A stretch of 63,034 nucleotides of DNA, the filler included, from Folioceros fuciformis (Eukaryota), in NCBI GenBank assembly GCA_049999805.1. It is 8 parts of 8 records of this genome, joined end to end, with 100 filler letters (N's around TTAATTAATTAA, not from the genome) between each part and the next. Parts side by side here need not be neighbours in the genome. Positions count along the whole stretch, not along the records: positions 18,267 to 29,943 come from JBNGIO010005858.1; positions 30,044 to 36,840 come from JBNGIO010005860.1; 6 more parts are not named here. One strand, given 5' to 3'. The notes under the pieces are model-generated. The model was not told the DNA's origin and did not search any database. It saw only the letters and a list, made by a program, of their open reading frames with translations. Position 1 is the first letter of the stretch, and every line of letters begins with the position of its first letter. Both the position numbers and the translations under genes were made by a program. Shown here one piece after another: positions 23,421 through 33,814 of the stretch.

Positions 23421-25980
23421 GCTACGGCCAACCCTGCGTGCTCCAAGTTGTGGGCTTTATCGTTGAAGAAGAACTTCGTTGTCAGTGATAAAGCCTACCA
23501 CTTGGAGTACGCAGGGAACGCCAGGATTCATGGACGCTGGGAACGCTGAAGGTCTCACGCTCTCATTGTTGGGAGCTCATGGACTTTGACCACTTCCTCG
23601 ACGAGTTTGGGAGAATGCCGTCGAGAGAAATCTTGAGCCTCGTCACCAACGTTGCAGCGATAGCCAGCGTGGTTCCCACGAAGTCAAGCCTCCAGCTCTC
23701 CTCTCTTCGGTTACAAGTTTAACAAGTTTCTCGATGGTCGCTTTTGGCTTTTTCGTGGAGTTGATGTGGGTGCTCTGTATGCCGCTCTCTGTTCTGCTCT
23801 TTCAGAGTATCATTTGTGTATTCTGCGTGCTTGCAAGAGATGGACATTTTCGGAGTTCCGTTTGTGTGGTGCTGACCCGCGTGCGTTTGAGATTGACTGT
23901 TTCGGAGTTCAAGTGCGAGTGCGTACGCGCGCGGGCTGAACCCTGTGACTTACCTGTCCAAGGCATGAGATCGGTGCTAGCGCTTGTGCTTGCAGCCGCG
24001 TTGCCCTGCCCTGCTGAAAGAGCTTGCTTAACTGCGAGCCTTATGCGCGCCTGCACATGTGAATACGTTTTCTGTGCTCGGCAAAAACTGTTGCAGCCCA
24101 GCTGGAGCTCCAGTCATGGCTTACGTGCTTGTGACGTATGTGATTGAACCTGTACATGTGTGTAACGTTGCTCGCGCGTGCACTTGAATGTACCTCCATC
24201 CTGCTGCGCTCCAAGCCCTTCTAATGACCATAACAAGCTTGTTACTTCGAGCCTGGAGCTTGGGCTTAACTTGAAACTTGGATCTGGCCGATAGCAACGT
24301 CGCGCGGGCGTCAGTCGCCCGATATCTTTACTTGGCGATAATAGTGCAGCTCGAACTTTTGCTTCTCAACTTTCCCTGTTGGGTGCTGTGGATGTGTTTG
24401 CACGCGTGCAGGTGTCGATGTCCCGCCTGCCCCCAAAGGATTGCGAAGTTTGTGTTCTTGTACGTCTTGGAAATCTTCCCCGGTTGTGCAACACCAGGTT
24501 CAGGATTTTACTTCATTCTGTGAGTTCTTTTGTGGATTGTTCCTTCTGCTCGTTTTTGCCCTGCCCGGGTTGTGTGCTCAACGTCTCTTCTCTCGGTTGC
24601 TTTTCATATGATGTCACTGTCACTGCTTATGTCGCCAATCTGTTCTGTTACAGGTGAGGCTGTGTTAGAGACAGAAGAACTTATCCTGTGTCTTTGCCAT
24701 GCAGGTGCATACACTTTGAGCACGCTTCGTCGAGAAGATGATGTGGATTATAGTTCAGCCATTGTCCTCAATAGACAAAAACGCTAACTGTGCGTGGTTA
24801 CACTCCCTCTCCGGCAAGGAGAATCAAGCCTCTTCTCACGCTTATGGAGTTGGGGATCGGATCCAGTAAATTAAATGTAGCAAGGTATGGTTCGTAGCTG
24901 CCCATTTATNNNNNNNNNNNNNNNNNNNNNNNNNNNNNGTACAGCAGGTTCTCTGCCTTATTCCAGCAGTGTCTTGTCTTCGCAGCCTGACTTCCTTCGA
25001 TTTGCGTTTGGTGTAGCGTTTGCTGGCTTTGTTGTAGCCGAGATGGTCAGGGTAAGTGTGTTTCTTCCGAGCGTTTGTGTGAGTTGGTGTCTAACTTGAC
25101 GTGGTAGCTAAGAGCCTTCCCTTGCTACATTTATTTGCAGGTTTGGCGGTTACCTCCAGTAGGGGAATGGGTACACCATGGTGCTCATGAATGGTCTGAC
25201 AACAATCAATAGTCCTCCTTCGCTACGGCAAACCCTGCGTGCTCCAAGTTGTGGGCTTTATCGTTGACGAAGAACTTCGTTGTCAATGATAAAGCCTACC
25301 ACTCGGAGCACGCAGGGAACGCCAGGATTAATGGACGCTGGCAACGGTGAAGGACTCAAGGTCTCGACATTGGGAACTCATGGACTTTGACCACTTCCCC
25401 GACAAGTTGGGGAGGATGCCCTTGGGTTGCAATCGCTCGCTGTTTAAAAGTTTCGCAAATTCTCGGTGCAGGCATTTTCCTGCTTCTTGGAGTTGCTGTG
25501 GGTGCTCTGGATGCCGCTCTCTGCTCTGCTCCTTCAGAGCAGCATGTGTGTGTTCTGCGTGCTTTCAAGAGATGACAGTTTGGGAGTTTCGTTTGTGTGG
25601 TGCTGACTCGCGTGCGTTTGAATCGACTGTTTCGGGAGATCATGTGTGTGTGTGTGTGTGCGTACTCGCGCGCGCTTAAGCCTGTGACCCAGCTGTCCAA
25701 GGTATGAGATTGATGCTTGTGCTTCCGGGCGCATTGCCCTGCTGAAAGAGCTGGCTTAGCTGCGAGCCTTAGGCGCGCCTGTACATGTGAATCCGTTTTC
25801 TGTGTTGGGGAAAAACTGTTGCAGCCCAGCTGGAGCTCCAGTAATGGCTTATGTGCTTGTGACGTACGTGATTGAACCTGTACATGTGTGTGACGTTGCT
25901 CGCGCATGCACTTGAATGTACCTGCATCCTGCTTCGCTCCACGGCCTTCCAATGACCAGAACAAGCTTGTCACTTTGAGA
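23421..25980 (+). repeat. ~800-bp segmental duplication (23421-~24250 and 25222-~25980) containing decayed coding-like sequence
   Basis: Colinear copies starting gctacggc(c/a)aaccctgcgtgctccaagttgtggg and ending near acaagcttgt. Confidence 0.85.
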
Positions 25981-26356
25981 GCTTCTCTGGTTGAGCCCTT
26001 GGATCCGGCCGGTAGCAAGGTCGGAGAATTTGGTTTGGACATCCACTCTTGGATGAGGCTTACAGCTCCCTTTGGTTGAGCCCAGATTCAACTTCAGGAA
26101 GGGGTGATCGACGCTGGCATGTGATGTGTGAAAGCTGACGCTGATGTTAAGTCATGCTTACTTTCATAATTTGGTTTGGACATCCAAACAAGGCCTTCGG
26201 GATTGCCGAAGATGGACATGGAGATGCCGAAGATGGACATGGAGGTGGTCGGGTGACCCGATCATGTGCAACTCGATAACTCTCGTGGTGAGTTCACGGT
26301 CCAAGTGGACCATCTGCCTGCTCGGCAAGGCATGTCCAAACAGCTCAAGTTCCTTT

Positions 26357-28425
26357 GGTTACGAAATCAAGGATCCAGGCCTTTATAAGGAGGTCATACA
26401 ATGTGCTCCGATTATGAAATCAAGGATCTCGGATTTTATAAGGTCAGATAATGTGCTAAAGTTTTTTCAATTATGAAATCAAGGATCTAGGCCTTTATAA
26501 GAGGTCATACAATGTTCCCACACACGGATCTAGGCTTTTATAAAAAGATCATATAATGTTCCCACACAAGAATCTAGGCCTTTATAAAGAGGTCATATAA
26601 TGTTCCGAATCTAGGCNNNNNNNNNNGAATCTAGGCCTTTATAAAGAGGTCATATAATGTTCCGAATCTAGGCCTTTATAAAGAGGTCATATAATGTTCC
26701 GACACAGGGACATAAGTGTGCTAAGCACACTTCTACAACAAGATGGCATACAAGCCTACACACAAGTATATAATACCCTTGGATAAGCTAGGCCTTTATA
26801 AGGTCCTAGGCCTTCCATGCTATTGGTCCTTGACTTGCCCTTGTGGGCTTCACTTTAGCTTGCCTCTTCAAGAAGATGCTCCTTTGTCTTTATCTAGAAG
26901 ACGTTTTCTAGTTCTTATCATGAAAAACATGTTTAGGGCATCTTTCATGCAAATTACTTTAGGGTACTCTTCATTAACTAATTTTGATGTATTGTAATAA
27001 ACCATTTCTAACACTCCCACTCAACAAATGAAAATTAGTCCTTCAACCCAAGCATCTTATTCTTCATGAGTGAGTTATACTCACTATCCAGAGCTCATCT
27101 CCACTCCTTTGCCTTTGGTCCTTCCAACGCTTTCTTCAATCTTTGTAGTTCATCGACCTTTGCTAACAAAGCCACTTCATACTTACATGCGTTTATGGAC
27201 TCCAATATCTTGTGCGAAGGTTTCCATCGCCTTGCTGATCTTCTAAGTTGGGTTAGTGGTTCCTCTTGGATTCTTCGATCTTGCTCCTCTTCATCATCTT
27301 CGACGCTTCGAGTTTCTTCATCTCCTTTGTCGTCTTGATGTCGAGGTTGCTTACCCTCTAGAGTAGGTTGAGTTTGCTCTAGAGTATGTTGTTCAGGCAT
27401 CAAGTCTAGAGGAACTTCATCTAGTTGCCACAACTCCTCGGCAACAACTTGAGTTGCTCGCACTGGTTTGTTAGGTTCCACAATTTCACGAAAAACAACA
27501 TATCTACTGAAGATGATCTTCTTGGTAGAAATGCTATACAACCTATACCCTTTTACCTCATCGGAGTACCCAAGCATGATGCATTGGGTGCTTTTAGGAT
27601 CCCACTTGGTTCAGTTCTACTTCGGAACATGAGCATCAACCACAGAACCAAAAATCCTAGGGACATCACACAAGTAGGTCCCATTAGAAGGGAAAACACA
27701 CAAGTAGGTCCTATTAGAAGGGGCAACACACAAGTAGGTCCTATTATAAGGGACAACACACAAGTAGGTCCTATTAGAAGAGACAACACACAAGTAGGTC
27801 CTATTAGAAGGGACAACACACCAGTAGGTCCTATTAGAAGGGACAACACACTAATAGGTCCTATTAGAAGTGACAACACGCTAGTAGGTCCTAAGTTGCT
27901 GTAACAACAGCCTCTCCCTAAAAATGTACCTCCAACCCACTTTGATGGAGCATGCATTTTGCCACTTCCACCAGGCTTCTTAGCTTGCGCTCCGCTACTC
28001 CATTTTGCTCTAGTGTGTGAGGAATTGTGAGTTGTCTCCGAATACCACACTCCTTGCAAAAGCTTTTGAATTGAGACGAGATATACTCCCCTCCATTGTC
28101 ACTTCTCAGAGTCTTAAGGCATTCTCCACTCTTGTTTTCCACCAAGGCATCCGGGATCGCATCTTGAATGTGTTGACGATGCTCAAGGCTAAGAGCTATG
28201 CAATTGTGCACAAACTCTCACAAGCACAAGGCTAAGAGTTTGGCTATTGCACACAAGTTCTCACAAGCACAAAGCTAAGAACCATGCAATAAGACTTGAC
28301 TCAAGCATCCAACTAGGAGAAGTCTACAAGGCATTAGAACATGGCTCTGATACCATGTTAAGAAACCAAGGATCTAGGCCGTGTATGACCTCTCTATAAA
28401 GGCCTAGATCCTTGGTTTCCTAATA
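26357..28425 (-). mobile_element. Internally deleted (non-autonomous) Ty1/copia derivative
   Basis: PBS TGGTATCAGAGC at 28344-28355, integrase remnant (LRSDNGGEY...QNGVAER) and SH3-like remnant, PPT GAGTGGGAG at 27014-27022, 3' LTR ~26357-27013. RT and RNase H are missing. Confidence 0.85.
27662..27893. repeat. 30-bp tandem repeat, about 8 copies
   Basis: Unit ~GACAACACACAAGTAGGTCCTATTAGAAGG. Confidence 0.92.
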
Positions 28426-28543
28426 AAGCCCATGTGAACTTTTCTTCGAAATCGAATAGCGACATGCTGCTGTGCCTACCTAGGAACACGTCATTCGTAT
28501 TGGGCACAAGTTCATGCTCCATGCTTGCCCGTGCTTAATCAAC

Positions 28544-28713
28544 CTCTTCGAAACTCAATATCTTTACAACACTTCGACTCCAATTACTCTTCGAAACTCA
28601 ATATCTTTACAACGCTTCGACTCCAATTACTCTTTGAAACTCAATATCTTTACAACGCTTTGACTGCAATTACTCTTCGAAACTCAATATCTTTACAACG
28701 CTTCGACTACAAT
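28544..28713. repeat. 43-bp tandem repeat, about 4 copies
   Basis: Unit CTCTTCGAAACTCAATATCTTTACAACGCTTCGACTCCAATTA. Confidence 0.9.
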
Positions 28714-30043
28714 TTCTCAAAGTGTTTCGGACCACCGTGTCTGGCTGGCTCGGAATGTTGTCGGTTGCTTCCGGGGTGCTTTCGTTGGTCCAACCCGAAC
28801 ACAAGAACACCATGTCCTCAGCTCTAGCCCCTTCATGACACTATATATGGCATGCTGTCAAAGACAACATTGCTTCCTCCCCTTGTCCAATCAGCCAGCC
28901 ATACCAAGAGGTCAACTGCTTCTATCCACAGCCTCTACCACAACTTGGCCGATTCTATCTCCAGCGCGTTGGCCAACTCTAGGATCGTCCTTTCAGCAAA
29001 GAACAGCCGTGAATAATCTGGCATTACTCACTTCCGCTGCGCCTCCTAGGTTTGTCGATTGATCTTGGTTGTTGACTTCGTTGTCTTGGCTATCAACATT
29101 GAAGGGAGTGGATTGCCTAATGTGTCTGATTTGGATCACCTTCCTCTCTTTGATTTCACATAACACACGTATAGCGTTCTCCCTTAGCTACCTTTGTTGG
29201 GATTCTTCTGGCCGTGCTCACATAGACATCTACCAATCCACCCTAGACCCTGCGTGCTCCACCTTATCTTCGCTCCTTCTTCTTAATGGCCGCCGCCCAA
29301 TCGTATTGTCCTTCGCCTCTCTATGGCGACGTTATTAGTTTTCTGGCTTAGCTTGACCTCATCCATATTTGACTTGACCATTATTAATTTTTTGGCTTAC
29401 CTTGACCTCATCTATATTTGACTTGATCAACACCGCTGCCAGCCGTCACTGCCCTCATTCTGCTCATTCACCATTGCATGACAGGGACCGCATTTTCAAA
29501 AATGCAATCTTAAAATTCTATGAATGTGTACAAATTCTGAACAATATTGAAGTGTTGTGTGCAGTCACTTCTAACATGACTTACTCGTGTATAATTTATC
29601 CTTTTCAATATAGTTTTTTTAGTGTTTGAAAGACAGTATTTGGTGAATTGATATGTTGAATGAAATTATAGAACAAATAAAAAGAATTGTCTTATCTTAC
29701 AAATTGTTTTTGTTCTTCTATATAAGATATAGCTTGGTTAAACACTTTGCATCTTTAAACAATTAAAATAGATTATCCATTCTTAACCAGGGTATACGTA
29801 TTCACATAGATCTTTCATGCTTCCTTCGCCTTAGGCCAGGTTTACACTAGGGTGGTCATGACCACCCTGTCAGGAAATGGGGAGGCGGGATTGGGTGGTG
29901 CGTGTAAAGCCCTTGTACACTGCACGGTCATCCCATGGTGATANNNNNNNNNNNNNNNNNNNNNNNNNNNNNNNNNNNNNNNNNNNNTTAATTAATTAAN
30001 NNNNNNNNNNNNNNNNNNNNNNNNNNNNNNNNNNNNNNNNNNN

Positions 30044-33000
30044 GCTATCTTACACCTTAGAACCTTTGGATGCATAGCTTATGCATTTATCCCAAAGAAG
30101 AAACGTCCTAAGTTAGTTGCTAAAGCCAAGAAATATCTTATGATAGGCTACACTAAAGGTATAAAAGCATATAAATTATATGATGTACCTGAGAACACTG
30201 TGGTTTATGCCTGCAGTGTTACTTTTGATGAACAACAAGTTTGGCAGCCAGTGGGAGCTTCTCCCACTTCTTCAGACAACTTTGATTTATCTGCTCTGCC
30301 TAACATCACTGTTTTCCCTGATTACCCTAATGAGGAGTTTGCTCCTGAAAGGGGGGGAAGACAACAAGCACAGTGATAATGAGGATAATCAGCAGGAAGC
30401 TGCAGATGCTGAACTTGATTTTGCTGCTGCTATTCAGCACCAACCTCCTCATGCCTTTTCGGATCCTGAACCCATTGTTCCAGCAGAGGTTGACCTTGAT
30501 CCTGATCCTGCTGTTCTTGTGGATAGTGATCCTGAGAATATTCCAGCTCCTATTGAAGAGCCAGCTCCTATCCCTATGCGTCGTTATCCTGCAAGAGACA
30601 GACGTGCACCAGATTATTGTCAATCACAAGACTTTAGGGGACCTTCCATACATGCAGTTGATCTTGATCCTGTGGAACCTCAGAATTATGAAGAAGCCTT
30701 AAGTCGCCCTGACGCTACTGAATGGAAGAAGGCCATTCAATCTGAATATGATTCTTTGATAAAAAATGGAACATGGGAGTTAACTAAACTACCTCCAGGA
30801 CGCAAGCCAACATCTTGCAAATGGGTGTTTAAGCTAAAGGTCAAGGCAGATGGTACCTTTGATCGCTATAAAGCCAGGCTTGTAGCCAGAGGCTTTTCTC
30901 AAATACCGGGCCTTGACTACCTTCAAACTTATGCTCCTGTTGTTAAGCTGGCCACATTTCGCACTATCTATGCATTGGCAGCACACAATGATTATGAGTT
31001 GGACATGTTTGATGTGAAGACAGCCTTCTTACATGGAAAGGTGGATACAGAAATTTATATGCAACAGCCACAAGGATACGAGGTGAAAGGGAAAGAAAAA
31101 TATGTCTTACGTTTAATCAAGACCCTGTATGGTCTAAAACAATCAACTCTTGAATGGAATGTTGTCCTGGATGAAGAGCTGTGAGCGTTAGGCTTTGTCA
31201 GATGTCTCAGATGGGAGCTTATATGTATACAGGACAAATGAAGTGGTTTGTTACCTGGCAGTATACGTTGACGACCTCATATTGGCTTGTAACAGTCCCA
31301 CCTTCATCAAAGACATGAACAAGCTATTATCAACCAAATTTGAAATGACACACTTAGGTGCCTTACAAAGCTGTCTTGGTATTCTAATTCAGCGTGATAG
31401 AAAGAAGAGAACTATCTCATTAACACAGCCACGTTACCTTCTTAGTAGTGCGGAACAACTTGGATTGAAGGATGCTAAACCTTCTGCAACTCCTTTGCCT
31501 TGTGGACTGAAGATGAGTAAAACCATGTGTCCTGATACACAATTAGAAAAAATGAAGATGAGTTTAGTCCCTTACAGACAAGGTGTAGGCAAACTCATAT
31601 ATGCAGCTAACACCACTAGGCCAGAAGTAGCTTATGCTACTAGTGTCTTATCACAGTATCTGGAAAACCAAGGGCAAACACACTGGACAGGTGTTAAGAG
31701 AGTTTTCAGGTATTTGAAAGGAACTCACAGCATTGGTGTAAAATACAAGCACATACCTGGAGTGCCCTTACATCTTGATGTCTATACAGATTCAGACTAT
31801 GCTGGAGATATAGACACAAGGAAATCAATTTCTGGTTATGTTGTTATGTTGGCTGGAGGACCCATTTGCTGGTCCAGCAAGAAACAGCCTACTATAGCCC
31901 TATCTAGCACTGAAGCAGAATATTGGGTACTTACAGCTGCTGCAAAGGAGATAGCTTGGTGCAAGCTGATGTTCAAGGAACTTGGAATTCCCCTTCCAGC
32001 CTGCACCACAATCCACACAGATAACCAAGGGTCAATGAGCTTGGCACATAATCCTATTTTTCACTCCAGGACTAAACATGTGGAAGTTGAGTATCACTTT
32101 ATACGTGACCTCATCAAGTCTGGAGATATCAACCTTGAATATGTGCCTACGTCTGAAAATCCAGCAGACATTTTAACCAAGGCCCTAGGAAGGGAGCTAC
32201 ATGAAAAACAAATGAGAGTACTTGGCATGGGAAGCCATGAAGGCAATCCCACTACCATGTCTAAGCCCTAACCTACCAGGCTATTCATAACCCCAATCAG
32301 GACTATCATCATTGTCTGAATCTCCAGGAGGAGATTTAAAAGAACCCCTATTGTCTGAGGTGGTGGAATCACCAAGCTTCTCCCATGAAGCATATTCCAC
32401 AGTGTCAGAGGAAAAGACTTCATTCTCCAAACGAGGAGACTATCTCTTCTTCCTCTCCTTGTAGGAGATTCTGTCCTTAGATTCCAAGCTTTGCTCCTCC
32501 TCCAGTCGCTCTTCAAACCCTGTGAGGAGACAGTGGGAGCAAAGTCAGACAAGTGATGATAATCAGTAGGGGGTTAGGAAACAATTATGCCACAAGCTAC
32601 CATCAGCAAGAGGCTTACTGTAGAAGCTGATCATGTGGCCTTTACACTCCAAAAACATTTCAACCCTCACTCTCTTCATGGTGATGCCAGAAACTTGGCA
32701 CTTGTACCACAGCGGGCTGCCCGACACTTCCCAAGTACCAGGTGTGATCACCTTGGTCTTTGACATGACGTTGGGTGGAACTGGAGGACGTTGGTCAACA
32801 CCTTCGTACTGGAACTCACCTCGATTGAAGCGCCTCTGTTCCACAACAGCCCGTGAGTACACGAGCTCAGGAATGCGGCTCCTGGATAGGCCACCCATAG
32901 CCCCGGCTCTCGAAGATTCGGCAGTCCTAGCCGCCGTCCTCCCTCGTGCTGTGCCTGAACCTTTGCCCGCATCCACAGCACCTGAAGAACGTGTTGCTGG

Positions 33001-33814
33001 AGTTGCTGTAATTTGGCCACCAGTCTTCCCACCTCTGATGCTGGAAAGACGAAAGCTTGGAGGGGAGACGGAGAGTCCGGATGTCGCGATGTCGCGCCGC
33101 TAGCTCAAGCTTGCTCTGGTAGTGCCTCACGGCCGCCCCCGCGGTCTCCTAACGCCGCTAGCTCCTCCTCCTCGTGTGTGTGTCTCTGGCTGCTGTGCAG
33201 GTTGATGCTCTTCCGCCCGTGCTCCGATGGCAGTTGTTCTAGCCATAGGCGATGTGATGAACCTTCCTGCAGAGTCCCGCTGGTATGTGCACCGCTTGGC
33301 TGCTAGAGGATCATCAGACCCTGAAGACGCCATGGTTACTTTCCTCAGCCTTCTCTCAACGACCTTTATTGCCAGAAGGCATGGGACGTAAATAGCAGCT
33401 ACAAGAAGTGCGAACCTGTAGACGGTCGCCTTCACACACAGCAGCACCACCTTGAGCCTACGCCTCAAAGTACACACAAGGATCGCGAGGTTCTCAGCTG
33501 GAGTCACAGTCTCCACAACTCTGAACGTAGTGGAGGGGAGGCAAACCGACCCCATAATGATTAACAAGTGGGAGTGATGAGAATAGGGTGTTAATACATT
33601 AGGTTTTGTTTCGTGAATGCGTTCATAGCTACTATAAGTCTAGGTGCCCGTTCATTTGGGTTACGTCCTTTATGAAAGGGTGTGTCTATTCACCCTACCT
33701 AGCTTAAGTTCAGTTATTTGTCTATGCTGTATATAATTATTGTTTAATCAATATAATAATGTAATTGTTTTATAGCAATTGGTCTACACCAATTTCCATA
33801 TTTTCTCAACTTCA
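30044..33814 (+). mobile_element. Ty1/copia element (copia-B), 3' half: integrase C-terminus, RT, RNase H, 1.3-kb 3' region, PPT, 3' LTR
   Basis: [20 protein letters not shown]; pol ends at 32271; PPT AAGTGGGAG at 33566-33574; LTR ~33575-33814 (TGA...TCA) abuts the gag of the next element. Confidence 0.9.
32281..33333 (-). pseudogene. Antisense two-exon accessory gene of copia-B (exons 33333-32619 and 32519-32281); AT-hook-containing protein of ~317 aa
   Basis: ACCATGG start; one continuous frame with three premature stops, each one C->T from CGA or CAG; donor TACA|GTAAGC, acceptor CTCCTCACAG|GG, 99-nt phase-1 intron; exon 2 is in frame to a TAG 10 bp from the pol stop. Confidence 0.65.

Noticed and set aside
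27553-28713. CRISPR-like arrays or repeat-protein ORFs (LLIGPTCVLS)n
   Set aside because: These are head-to-tail tandem repeats without unique spacers, with no cas genes, in a eukaryotic TE context.
32520-32600. Alternative donor GATG|GTAGC for the antisense gene
   Set aside because: It is also phase 1, but weaker than A|GTAAGC at 32618, which matches the donor position in copia-D.
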